The notes below the pieces were generated by a model. It did no database searches and was not told the DNA's origin. It worked only from the letters and a program-made list of their open reading frames with translations. This document shows, piece after piece, positions 10,389 through 20,116 of a DNA stretch of 64,000 nt. Every line of letters begins with the position of its first letter. The stretch's first letter is position 1. Origin of the DNA: Bacilli bacterium (lineage in GTDB: Bacteria; Bacillota_I; Bacilli_A; RFN20; CAG-826); the NCBI GenBank assembly GCA_051872395.1, contig JBJEDU010000031.1:2404-66403 (forward strand). Reading direction: 5' to 3'. A program made the position numbers and the translations under genes.

Positions 10389-11545
10389 TATTTATTATCC
10401 CCCACTCCAAAATGGTCGATCGCGACCACATATACATTTCCGTCTCCATATTTTTCTTTCATTACTTTAATGAAATTATCTTTTTTATTTTGGGGCACTA
10501 AGGTGACTATCGAACCAGCGAATCCTCCCCCATTAATTTTGGCTGCCCCTAAATTATCGGTAAGTGTATCAACAAGTGAACACGCCTCTAAAGGGGAACC
10601 GACATATGAATTTTCTACCATCATATTTTTTAAATTTTCGGCGCTTGATTTTCTCGATTCATTCATGAGTTTAATTAATGTTTTACTATCTTTGTTTTTA
10701 ATAGCGGTTTCTGCTTTTAAAACTCTTTCATTTTCTAAATAGAAATGTTTCGCTCTTAAATACACTCTTTCTTCGATTTTATCTTTGATTTGTTCGAGTT
10801 CATCTAAAGAACCTTCAATTAAAAAATTATGATTCATCGCTTTCGCGGCAGTGTACATATCTAAAGGAATTTGTGAATAGAGGTGTGACATTGTTGTATG
10901 GTCTCCACCTGTATTAACTAAAATAAATTCATAACCTTCAGTGTCAACTTTTAGTGGTTCAACTTTTGGATTATCGATATCAGAGAAATCGATATAGACC
11001 ATTCCTCCATACGCTACTCCAATTTGGTCTAATAGACCAGATTTCTTTCCATAATAATTATTTTCGGCATATTGACCCGCTTTTGCGAGAAGCAATCTAT
11101 CAATTTTATTATCGTTATAAAATTCATTAAATATTTGGCCGATTAATAATTCGAATGCCGCGGATGAAGATACCCCAGCGCCTGGGAATATTTCACTTTC
11201 CATATAAATATCTAACCCACCAATAACAAATGAATGATTTTTCAAATATGAAGCAACTCCTCTAATTAATCCTGGAGTCTTTCCTAATTCTTCTTCTTTG
11301 ATTTCTAATTCATTTAAATCGACTTTGAATTCCCCATAACCTTTAGAATATACTTTGACAATATTGTCTTCTCTTTTACTAACCGCGGAATAAATAGAAA
11401 TACCACATGTCGCAGCGATACATTTTCCATGATTATGGTCAGTGTGGTTACCTAATACTTCAAATCTTCCTCCACATCGAATATTTTTAGTGGGTTCATA
11501 ATTATATATTTTTTTAAATTCAGCATTTAATATTTCGTTTTTCAT
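10388..11545 (-). CDS. galK: Galactokinase
   Basis: Galactokinase signature GRFEVLGNHTDHNHG and GHMP kinase motif PGAGVSSSAA. Overlaps galT by 4 nt. Confidence 0.93.
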   Translation of the reverse strand: MKNEILNAEFKKIYNYEPTKNIRCGGRFEVLGNHTDHNHGKCIAATCGISIYSAVSKREDNIVKVYSKGYGEFKVDLNELEIKEEELGKTPGLIRGVASYLKNHSFVIGGLDIYMESEIFPGAGVSSSAAFELLIGQIFNEFYNDNKIDRLLLAKAGQYAENNYYGKKSGLLDQIGVAYGGMVYIDFSDIDNPKVEPLKVDTEGYEFILVNTGGDHTTMSHLYSQIPLDMYTAAKAMNHNFLIEGSLDELEQIKDKIEERVYLRAKHFYLENERVLKAETAIKNKDSKTLIKLMNESRKSSAENLKNMMVENSYVGSPLEACSLVDTLTDNLGAAKINGGGFAGSIVTLVPQNKKDNFIKVMKEKYGDGNVYVVAIDHFGVGDNK

Positions 11546-13035
11546 AAATCTAATCCTTTAATAAATTTCTTTAAGCCATCTTGTCCTTTATCATCATTTT
11601 TAAAGACCGCGATATCATTTAAAATATTTTCGCATACTTTAAAGAGCATATCTTTCATAGAAAGATATTTTTTGGATAAAAAATCTTGATAGATATGTTC
11701 ATATTTTTTCATATCGCTATCGAGAATTAGAGCGTCTTCATAACTGATTTTATTATTTAAAATATCTTCTAAAATAGATAGTTGTCTTTTTAATCTTGCA
11801 GGTAAAACAAATAATCCCATCGCTTCAATTAATCCAATATTTTCTTGTTTGATTATTTGTCTTTCTTTTGCGACATGGAAAATGCCATCTGGATGTTGCT
11901 CATCAGTGCGATTATTTCTTAACATCACATAGCAAACATAGTTATCATCCGCTTTTCTTAAAATAGTGTTAATAGTGTTATGTCTTGTTTCTTCAGTATG
12001 GGAAATAATGTTATGTTCTTTTGAATCATAATTATTCCAATAATTGAATATTTTATCGACCGTTTCAACAATTTCATCTTCACTTTTAGAAACGATTTTT
12101 AATGATGTTGCCGGCCAATCGATAACCGATAATGTTATGTTTTTATTTTTAGTTTCGACAACAAAGCGATCATTAACTTTCATCATTGGAAGCATATAAT
12201 GACCACCTTGGAAATGGTTATGAGTTAAAATTGAACCTCCCACAATTGGTAAGTCCGCGTTGTTTCCAATGAAGTAGTGAGGTAAGAAATTAACGAATTG
12301 ACATAATGTTTTTGTATTTTCTTTTCCTACGAACATTGGTGTATGTTCTTCACTTATTAAAATGCAGTGTTCATTATAATAACCATATGGTGAATATTGT
12401 AAATACCATGTTTTATTGTTGAGTTTTAAAGGAATTAATCGAAGATTATTTCTTGGTCCAGTTTTACTAGAACCTGAACATCCTTCATTTTCGATACATA
12501 TCGCACACTTTGGATAATTAGTGTTTGTTGCATTATTTTTTAATGCTTGGGCAATGCTTCTTGTCGATTTTTCTGGCTTACTCAAATTGATAGTAACTTC
12601 TAAATCGTGATTATTAATTTGATCTTTTAAAACGATACTTTGTTCAATTTTTGTTTTTTGAACATAATTATTTTTAATCATCAAATCATAGAAATATTGG
12701 GTGGCCTCTAGTTTACTAGTTTCACTCTTTTTGAAAAATGTTTCTCTCACTACGCTTGGAAGTGGTGTGAGAGTGCCCATTATTTCGGTGATTATTTTTT
12801 CACTTTCTTTTTCATCATTTCCTTGAGCGGTTACAATATTTTTAACGATATCAATAATTTTGTCAGGAACTTCGAATTTATACGGATTAAAATCGCTGAC
12901 CATTTCTTCGTAGTCAGTAATATGTAATTTATTCATTAAATAATTACGCATATATATTTCATCATCTTCGTTTAAATAAAGATGGGCTTTCGCGTATTTT
13001 AATAATATATTTACGATATATTTATTATTTTCCAT
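11542..13035 (-). CDS. galT: Galactose-1-phosphate uridylyltransferase (long Gram-positive type)
   Basis: About 497 aa with the HNHFQGG active-site region and galT-galK-galM order. Start is placed at MENNKY (13035), which has GAGG upstream. The ORF-track start at 13068 adds 11 residues with no support. Confidence 0.88.
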   Translation of the reverse strand: MENNKYIVNILLKYAKAHLYLNEDDEIYMRNYLMNKLHITDYEEMVSDFNPYKFEVPDKIIDIVKNIVTAQGNDEKESEKIITEIMGTLTPLPSVVRETFFKKSETSKLEATQYFYDLMIKNNYVQKTKIEQSIVLKDQINNHDLEVTINLSKPEKSTRSIAQALKNNATNTNYPKCAICIENEGCSGSSKTGPRNNLRLIPLKLNNKTWYLQYSPYGYYNEHCILISEEHTPMFVGKENTKTLCQFVNFLPHYFIGNNADLPIVGGSILTHNHFQGGHYMLPMMKVNDRFVVETKNKNITLSVIDWPATSLKIVSKSEDEIVETVDKIFNYWNNYDSKEHNIISHTEETRHNTINTILRKADDNYVCYVMLRNNRTDEQHPDGIFHVAKERQIIKQENIGLIEAMGLFVLPARLKRQLSILEDILNNKISYEDALILDSDMKKYEHIYQDFLSKKYLSMKDMLFKVCENILNDIAVFKNDDKGQDGLKKFIKGLDL

Positions 13036-13182
13036 AAATTTTACCAACCTCGAATATAAATATATCACGAGTGAAGTTGTTTAGAAACACATTATTAATT
13101 TATAAATTAATGTTGTTTAAAATTGCTTTAAAAATTAACAATAATTGCTGTGAATTGCTTAAAATATTTGATTGTTTATTAT

Positions 13183-13194
13183 TGAACTAGTTCA
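13183..13194. promoter_or_regulatory. Perfect 12-nt palindrome TGAACTAGTTCA in the galT/gdpP divergent intergenic region (possible operator)
   Basis: Read directly from the sequence. The region also carries three AATTGCT direct repeats at 13121, 13143 and 13153. No cognate regulator was identified. Confidence 0.25.
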
Positions 13195-13287
13195 TATAAA
13201 AAACAATAATAGAATGCAGTGAATGATATTATAGAAAGTAATATTTGTTTCTTAAATTAAAGTTTTTAATTTATAATAGATAATACT

Positions 13288-15327
13288 ATGGGAAAGACAA
13301 TTAAAAGAATTAAATTAGTGGCAACAATTCTCATATTGATTCAAATTATTGGATTGATTGTTTTCGCTATATTTTATTTTGAGAATCTTTACTCATTTAA
13401 GGAAATCATCAAACCAGAGTATTTAATTATCGGGGCTTCATGTCTAGTTTTCTTTGATATTTTATTTACTTGGTTTTCGATATTAAAAATTTCTTCACTT
13501 CGTAAGAAGAGCGATTTAAAAGCCGCGGAAGTTATTGGTAGCGATATTCAAGAAGCCTACAATTTCGCTCAAATCGGTTTAGCGGTCACTGATGATAATG
13601 ATATGGTTTTATGGACTAACGATTTATTTAAAGACCGTCATATTGAAATTATCGATTTAAACATTATTGATTGGCATAATGAATTGAGAAGTTTAAAGGA
13701 TAATCCTAACCCAGATAAAACAGTAAAAGTCATTATCAATTCAAGAAATTATCAAGTTAAATTCCTTCTTGAAGCTGGCTTATGGATATTCAAAGATGTC
13801 ACTGATTTTGAATCAGTGTATAAATATAGTAAAGATCAAGCTCCTGTTCTTGGTGTTTTAACTATTGATAATTATCAAGATGTTACCCATGGTGAAGATG
13901 ATTTTAATGATACCTTAACAAGAATTAAAAACGTCATTTTCAATTACATGAAAGAATATGGAGTTTTATTAAGAAAATTTAAAGATGATTCTTATTCGTT
14001 AATTTGTAATTATTTGTCATTTGAAAAAATGAAAGAAGATAAATTTTCCATCGTTGACAAAGTGAGAGAAATAAGTGAAGGCACTGATAATCCATTGACT
14101 ATTTCTATTGGTTTAGCGAGAGATTTCCCTGATGTTGTGAAATTAAACGACCTCGCTAACGAGGCACTTGATATTGCAATTAGTCGTGGTGGTGACCAAA
14201 TTGTTGTCAATGTCTATGGACAAGAAATGGAATTTATCGGTGGTAAGAGCGAAGCTCAAGAAAAACGAAATAGAGTAAAAATTAGAGTTTACGCTGATTC
14301 AATTTTAGGTTTGATTAGAAACTCAGCGAAAGTATTTGTCATGGGACATACCGAAATGGATATGGATGCTTTAGGCGCATGTCTTGGTATTTTAGCGATG
14401 TGTAATCGATTAGATAAACCAGCGAAAGCGGTCGTCGATTTAAAATTCACCGAGCAAAAAACTCGTGGAGCAATAACTTCATTATTTTCACGAGAAAAAA
14501 TGGAAGAAACTTTTATTTCACCAAAAGAAGCATTAGATAAAATCACTCCCGATACACTTCTTATCGTCTGTGATGTTCACGCACCAAAAATGACGATGGC
14601 ACCTCAACTTTTAGAACATTGTTCAAAAGTTATTGTCATTGACCATCATCGCCGCGCTGAAGAATTTATTGAAAGTCCTGTATTCTCTCACATCGATACT
14701 TCAGCGAGTTCATCATGTGAACTAATTGCTGAACTTATTCGATTTGCTTCTTTAAATCCACGCATTGAATTACCTCAAACCTTCGCAACAATTATGTTAA
14801 GTGGAATATTTTTAGATTCTTCGTATTTTAAAAGTAATCATACCGGAATGAGAACTTTTGAAGCCTGCACCATTTTAAAAGAATATGGCGCAGATAACTC
14901 TTTAGCGGATGATTTACTTAAAGATGATTTTGAAGAATATCAAACAGTGACTGATATTGTTCATAAAATAGTTACCCCATATGCTGGAGTGGTTTATTCT
15001 CTCGCTGATGATCGTATTTATGATAGTGCAACTTTAGCGAAAGCGGCGAATGCTTGCTTAACTATGAAAGGTATCCATGCTGCGTTCGTCATTGGTAAAG
15101 CGACAAGTAAAGATGTTCGAGTATCTTGTCGAAGCGATGGTTCAGTCAATGTTCAATTTTTAGCCGAGAAGATGGGTGCTGGTGGGGGTCATTTCACTTC
15201 CGCGGCAGTGTATTTTGAAAAAGCTTCTGTTGAAGCTGTTAAAGAACAATTATTAAATGTGTTAAGTCAATATCTCGCTGATGCGAGAAATGATGCAAGA
15301 ACAAGAAGTAGAATCGAGGACAATTAA
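13288..15327 (+). CDS. gdpP: Cyclic-di-AMP phosphodiesterase GdpP (DHH/DHHA1 family)
   Basis: 679 aa. Two N-terminal TM helices, a central PAS/degenerate-GGDEF-like region, DHH motif (VIVIDHHRR) and DHHA1 motif (GAGGGHFTSAA). Sits in the conserved gdpP-rplI-dnaB order. Confidence 0.88.
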   Translation: MGKTIKRIKLVATILILIQIIGLIVFAIFYFENLYSFKEIIKPEYLIIGASCLVFFDILFTWFSILKISSLRKKSDLKAAEVIGSDIQEAYNFAQIGLAVTDDNDMVLWTNDLFKDRHIEIIDLNIIDWHNELRSLKDNPNPDKTVKVIINSRNYQVKFLLEAGLWIFKDVTDFESVYKYSKDQAPVLGVLTIDNYQDVTHGEDDFNDTLTRIKNVIFNYMKEYGVLLRKFKDDSYSLICNYLSFEKMKEDKFSIVDKVREISEGTDNPLTISIGLARDFPDVVKLNDLANEALDIAISRGGDQIVVNVYGQEMEFIGGKSEAQEKRNRVKIRVYADSILGLIRNSAKVFVMGHTEMDMDALGACLGILAMCNRLDKPAKAVVDLKFTEQKTRGAITSLFSREKMEETFISPKEALDKITPDTLLIVCDVHAPKMTMAPQLLEHCSKVIVIDHHRRAEEFIESPVFSHIDTSASSSCELIAELIRFASLNPRIELPQTFATIMLSGIFLDSSYFKSNHTGMRTFEACTILKEYGADNSLADDLLKDDFEEYQTVTDIVHKIVTPYAGVVYSLADDRIYDSATLAKAANACLTMKGIHAAFVIGKATSKDVRVSCRSDGSVNVQFLAEKMGAGGGHFTSAAVYFEKASVEAVKEQLLNVLSQYLADARNDARTRSRIEDN

Positions 15328-15328
15328 T

Positions 15329-15781
15329 ATGAAAGTAATATTATTGCAAGATGTCAAAGGTGTGGGAAAGAAATCTCAAATCGTGGAAGTAAGCGATGGC
15401 TATGCTTTAAATTTTCTTTTGCCTCGTCGCCTCGCAGTTAAAGAAACAACCAAATCAGTGGAAATATTAGAAAAACAAAAATTAGATGCGAAAATATTAG
15501 ATGAAACTAATCGAAAAAACGCTGAAGAATTGAAAGAAAAATTAACTTCAATCACTTTAGAATTTAAAGCGAAAAGTGGAAAAGATGGAAAGATGTTTGG
15601 TTCAATTTCATTGAAACAAATTGAACAAGAGTTATTAGACAAACATCATATTACCATCGACAAAAGAAAATTCATTGACAAAGGCCCAGTGTCTAGTTTT
15701 GGATATACGAGATTAAAAATCGAATTATATAAAGGTGTTGTTGGTGTCATTAATGTTCACATCGACACGGAAGGAAAATAA
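15329..15781 (+). CDS. rplI: 50S ribosomal protein L9
   Basis: MKVILLQDVKGVGKK... is the canonical L9 N-terminus. The ORF-track start at 15281 overlaps gdpP and is rejected. Confidence 0.95.
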   Translation: MKVILLQDVKGVGKKSQIVEVSDGYALNFLLPRRLAVKETTKSVEILEKQKLDAKILDETNRKNAEELKEKLTSITLEFKAKSGKDGKMFGSISLKQIEQELLDKHHITIDKRKFIDKGPVSSFGYTRLKIELYKGVVGVINVHIDTEGK

Positions 15782-15782
15782 T

Positions 15783-17288
15783 ATGCCAGTAAATCACGAC
15801 GCTCTTCCACATAATATCGAGGCTGAAAAAGCAGTTCTCGGTTCAACTTTTTTAAGTAAAAACGCTGTTTTAAATGTTGTCAGTTCTTTGACTGAGGAAG
15901 ATTTTTATTTATCAAAACATCAAACTATTTTTAAAGCTATTGTTCAATGTGTAAATAATGATTCTCCTGTTGATATTCTTTCAGTCACAAACGAATTAAT
16001 TAATCGAAAAGAATTAGATATTGTTGGTGGAGTTAATTACTTAAAAGAATGTAGTGATTCAATGGTTGCCTTAGCGAGTTTAGATTATTATATTTCCGTT
16101 TTAATCGATCATAGTGTGCTTCGCAAATTATTAAAAACTATTAGAAATATTGATGAAGATTATACTGGCAAAGATATTGGAGAAATCAATGATTTCATTT
16201 TAACTTCTTTAGAAAAGATTCAAAAATCAGTCGATCGAAGAAGAGTGTCTTCTTTCCATACGACAAAAGAAATTGGTGAAGTAATTAAAGAACAAATGAA
16301 AACTATCAAATCTAAAGAAGGAAGCGAAGAGGAAGAAATAACTGGTATCAATACTGGCTTTGAAAAAATCAATTCTTTAACTAATGGGTTTCAACCTTCT
16401 GAACTTATTATCGTTGCTGCCAGGCCAAGCGTTGGTAAAACAACTTTGGCCATGAATTTTGCTTACAATGCAGCGACATTAAATAATGTCGCGGTCGCTA
16501 TATTTTCTTTAGAAATGTCTAAGGAACAATTAGTTAAAAAATTAATAGCGAAAGAATCTTGCGTCTCATTAAAATCGATTAACTTAGGAAGAATAATGGG
16601 CAAAGATAGAACAAACGTCGCCGCTGCTATTGAAGAAATTCAAAATGCAAAAATATTTATTGATGACACTCCTGGATTAAATTTGATGGATATCATCGCA
16701 AAAAGTAAAAAATTACAATCTTCTGAACCTTCTTTAGGAATGGTTGTTATCGATTATTTAGGTCTTATTGAGTTATCAAATGATGGAAAGAAAACTGCGC
16801 AAGAAAATCGTCAAGAAGCAGTAAGAAAAATTTCTGGCGCTTTAAAACAATTAGCGAGAGATTTAAAAGTTCCAGTCATCGTCGTTTCTCAATTATCTCG
16901 TTCAGTTGAGGGTAGAGATAATAAAAGACCAATGCTTTCTGATTTGAGAGATTCTGGTTCTATTGAACAAGATGCGGATGTTGTCATGCTTTTATATCGT
17001 GGCGATTATTATAAAGATTATCAAAAGAGTTCAGTCGCTAATAAAAAGACTAGTCAATTAACTTCGACTGATCGTTATGAATTAGCGAGAAAACAAAAAG
17101 AAAAAGAATTAGGACAAGAGATTCCTGGCAATGCAAGTTATGTTGAAGTAAATATTGCAAAAAACAGAAACGCTCGAGTTGGAAAAGCTGGATTATTCTT
17201 CTACAAAGAATTTGCGAGATTTGATTCCCCTTCGAAAGAATGGGAAGAAGCCATGTTAGCGGTTAGTAATGATACTGGAGATGAATAA
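15783..17288 (+). CDS. dnaB: Replicative DNA helicase DnaB
   Basis: N-terminal PHNIEAEKAVLG, Walker A ARPSVGKTT, and SLEMS and SQLSR motifs. ATG at 15783 lies just after the rplI stop. Confidence 0.95.
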   Translation: MPVNHDALPHNIEAEKAVLGSTFLSKNAVLNVVSSLTEEDFYLSKHQTIFKAIVQCVNNDSPVDILSVTNELINRKELDIVGGVNYLKECSDSMVALASLDYYISVLIDHSVLRKLLKTIRNIDEDYTGKDIGEINDFILTSLEKIQKSVDRRRVSSFHTTKEIGEVIKEQMKTIKSKEGSEEEEITGINTGFEKINSLTNGFQPSELIIVAARPSVGKTTLAMNFAYNAATLNNVAVAIFSLEMSKEQLVKKLIAKESCVSLKSINLGRIMGKDRTNVAAAIEEIQNAKIFIDDTPGLNLMDIIAKSKKLQSSEPSLGMVVIDYLGLIELSNDGKKTAQENRQEAVRKISGALKQLARDLKVPVIVVSQLSRSVEGRDNKRPMLSDLRDSGSIEQDADVVMLLYRGDYYKDYQKSSVANKKTSQLTSTDRYELARKQKEKELGQEIPGNASYVEVNIAKNRNARVGKAGLFFYKEFARFDSPSKEWEEAMLAVSNDTGDE

Positions 17289-18040
17289 TGTACTTTAACA
17301 TTATTTCATCTGGTAGCAAAGGTAACGCTACAATTGTCGTTCATAAAAACACGGTTATTTTAATAGATATAGGAATTACTAATAAACTTTTGTTGGAACA
17401 ATTAGATTCCTTAAATTTAAGTATTAATGATATATCTGCAACTTTAATTACTCATGATCACACTGACCATATTTCTGGTATTAGATTTGTGAAGATGACT
17501 AATGCGTATGCTTTAGAAGGCACTCTTCCTTCTTTGGGTAATGTTATTAAGCCTTTCGTTCCTTTTTATATTGATGATATTAAAATAACTGCAGTGCCAA
17601 CAAGTCATGACGCGACTAATCCATGTGGATATGTTTTAGAAGTTGATGATATCAAATTAGTGTACATTACAGATACTGGCAAAATTGATGAAGAAATCAT
17701 TCAATATTTAACTAATCCAGCTTATTTAATTATTGAATGTAATCATGATATTTCAATGTTATTAAAGACTAATAGACCTTTAGAACTTAAAGATAGAATC
17801 TTATCTTCTTATGGTCATTTATGTAATGAAGATTCAGCGTTTTATGCTTCAAGAATTGTCGGAGATAAAACTAAAGAAATCGTTTTAGCGCATATTTCTG
17901 AAGAGGCGAATACTCCCGATTTAGCGATTAATGCTTATAAAAATGTTTTCTCTTATTTTAATATTGATATTAATAAATTTAAGATTACTGTCGCGAATCA
18001 ACATTATCGTTATATTGGGGGTGAATATAATGAAAATTAA
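17288..18040 (+). CDS. MBL-fold metallo-hydrolase (YycJ/WalJ-like)
   Basis: 250 aa with the THDHTDH metal-binding motif. Overlaps the dnaB stop by 1 nt. Confidence 0.85.
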   Translation: MYFNIISSGSKGNATIVVHKNTVILIDIGITNKLLLEQLDSLNLSINDISATLITHDHTDHISGIRFVKMTNAYALEGTLPSLGNVIKPFVPFYIDDIKITAVPTSHDATNPCGYVLEVDDIKLVYITDTGKIDEEIIQYLTNPAYLIIECNHDISMLLKTNRPLELKDRILSSYGHLCNEDSAFYASRIVGDKTKEIVLAHISEEANTPDLAINAYKNVFSYFNIDINKFKITVANQHYRYIGGEYNEN

Positions 18041-18506
18041 TGTTATCGCGGTTGGTAAAATTAAAGAAGATTACCTAAAAATGGGTATTAATGAATATTT
18101 GAAAAGATTGTCTAGCTTCGCTAATGTTGAAATTATTGAAGTTAATGATTCACCTATAAAAAATGACACTCCTTCTGAAATAAAAAAAGTTTTAGAAAGT
18201 GAAGGGGAAAGAATATTAAAACATATTAAAAGTGATGATTATGTCATTGGTTTAGATTTAAATAAAAAGCAATTTGATTCTATCGAGTTCGCCTCTTATA
18301 TCGATAAAGCGTTTGTGAAAGGAAATTCATCAATCACTTTTGTTATTGGTGGTTCCTATGGATTTTCTTTACCAGTAAAAGAAAGATTTAATGATTCTTT
18401 TTCTTTAAGTAAAATGACTTTTATTCATCAAATGACTAGATTAATATTATTAGAGCAAATATATCGTGCATTTAAAATTAATAGAAATGAGACTTATCAC
18501 AAATGA
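18030..18506 (+). CDS. rlmH: 23S rRNA (pseudouridine1915-N3)-methyltransferase RlmH
   Basis: About 158-aa SPOUT protein, from MKINVIAVGKIKE... to the C-terminal TFIHQMTRLILLEQIYRAF. The ORF-track start at 17931 is an artefactual extension. Confidence 0.9.
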   Translation: MKINVIAVGKIKEDYLKMGINEYLKRLSSFANVEIIEVNDSPIKNDTPSEIKKVLESEGERILKHIKSDDYVIGLDLNKKQFDSIEFASYIDKAFVKGNSSITFVIGGSYGFSLPVKERFNDSFSLSKMTFIHQMTRLILLEQIYRAFKINRNETYHK

Positions 18507-18844
18507 AAAAGTACGAAGAATTTAATCAATTTGAAATGGGGTTTGATAAAGATAATCCATTCTCTACCTTATATATTATTAATAAAGATACAATGTTTTA
18601 TATTGAACCAGCCTTTTATTCACAATTAAAAGGTTTTAAAGAAAGACATGAAGATAAATATCATCTCATTATTGAAGAGATGATTCGTCTTGTGAAAAAG
18701 AATAAAAAAATAATTTTTACCGCGAATTTTGAAACTCCTCAAACAGAAAAAGAAGGTTTTATTTATTTAGAAATTACCGATGTTACTGACCCACTTCATA
18801 TTTATGTTGAAGATAAATCTCGTGGTTCAGATTATGGCGATTAA
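18503..18844 (+). CDS. Hypothetical protein (113 aa)
   Basis: ATGA overlap with the rlmH stop suggests translational coupling. No family recognised. Confidence 0.55.
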   Translation: MKKYEEFNQFEMGFDKDNPFSTLYIINKDTMFYIEPAFYSQLKGFKERHEDKYHLIIEEMIRLVKKNKKIIFTANFETPQTEKEGFIYLEITDVTDPLHIYVEDKSRGSDYGD

Positions 18845-18881
18845 ATAAAACCTTCTAATTATTTTAATAGATTATAATTTT

Positions 18882-19997
18882 TTAATATTGTGGGCGAAGT
18901 TGACGCATGGACATCCACATAGTTCTAAGTCCTAATAGTGCGATAAAGAACATGACAGCGTAATTAGATAACATAAAGCCTAAAATCATCGCTAAAAGGG
19001 CAGGACAGAAACTTGACCATGCATTAATTTTTTGACATGTAAAGAACGATAGATATCTAAATGGATTTTTCTTTCCTCTAGTAAGTAAGAATAACATCAA
19101 TCCCATAAAGAATGACAAGAGAATATAAATGCCTAAAAACACTAAAGTTGAAGTAGTTAATGAATTACTTCTACTTGTCAAATAACTTAAATCAAATGAT
19201 TTTTTCCAATTGTTAAAGACACCATTTAAATAAGTTTCGTTTACTAATAATTCATTTTTGTTTTCTAAAGTGACAATAACATTATTATCTCCATCTTTGA
19301 CCGTTAATAAATCACTTAATAATGATAAACCAACACTGTGATGCGCCCAGTTACCACCAGAAGTCGCTGAAGATTCGGTAGAATTAGCCTTCATTAAGCA
19401 AGCATAAATACCTTCTTTATACATGATGATATATGAAGGTCGATATTTAACAATTTCTTCTTCGCTTGTAGATTCTTCTTCCTCTTCACTTGTTGCGGTG
19501 TTATCTTCTTCATTAATTGAATTAAGAATATATGTTTTAGATTTGATAGAATCTAATAAATCAGATAAGCTATTTTCTTTTGCGCTGGTACTTCTAACAG
19601 AATAATAAATTTCTAAATCAATCATATTAGTTTCACTGTTAATATAACGAATAAGAGGAATCTTATCTTCTTCAACAGTTGGATTAAGTTGATTATCATC
19701 TTTGTATCCAATTAAATGATGATCTTCGTTGATTTTAAATTCATAACCGTTTAAATATAAATCAATAGTGGAAGATGTTAATGATTTTTCTAATCCATAT
19801 GTGGTTTTAGCAATAAACTGTGAACCATAACTATTTGCAGTTTGGACCATAATTGGAATAATTGGAATAAATACTGCAAGTAAAAAAGAAATTAACGCCA
19901 TCCACCAAGGCAGTGTTTTTCCAGCTTCAATCGCTTTCGCGTTTGAAAATAAAGAGCCGAATATATTTGATAAATTTGTTTTTGTTTTTGCTTTCAT
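18882..19997 (-). CDS. Hypothetical membrane protein (371 aa)
   Basis: One N-terminal TM helix, then a long non-hydrophobic region containing an acidic S/E tract, then several C-terminal TM helices. No family recognised. Confidence 0.65.
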   Translation of the reverse strand: MKAKTKTNLSNIFGSLFSNAKAIEAGKTLPWWMALISFLLAVFIPIIPIMVQTANSYGSQFIAKTTYGLEKSLTSSTIDLYLNGYEFKINEDHHLIGYKDDNQLNPTVEEDKIPLIRYINSETNMIDLEIYYSVRSTSAKENSLSDLLDSIKSKTYILNSINEEDNTATSEEEEESTSEEEIVKYRPSYIIMYKEGIYACLMKANSTESSATSGGNWAHHSVGLSLLSDLLTVKDGDNNVIVTLENKNELLVNETYLNGVFNNWKKSFDLSYLTSRSNSLTTSTLVFLGIYILLSFFMGLMLFLLTRGKKNPFRYLSFFTCQKINAWSSFCPALLAMILGFMLSNYAVMFFIALLGLRTMWMSMRQLRPQY

Positions 19998-20116
19998 ACG
20001 ACCTCCAAAAGAGTTAAGAGTTAAAAGATTGCAATTAATATTTTACATTATTTTTTATTCAAAAAATATCTTTATTTATTTCTAGTTTTTAATAAGAAAA
20101 ATATCGATGGAATATT

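Noticed and set aside
15281-15328. N-terminal extensions suggested by the ORF track for rplI (15281), dnaB (15735), rlmH (17931), galT (13068), the lipoprotein (25675), the CxxC lipoprotein (52972), pcrA (53648), gatB (59782), the second permease (1861) and the 44613 ORF.
   Set aside because: The extensions overlap upstream genes or begin at non-ATG codons. Internal ATGs give canonical family N-termini (for example MKVILLQDVKG for L9 and MNFEAVIGLEIHVE for GatB) with better SD spacing.
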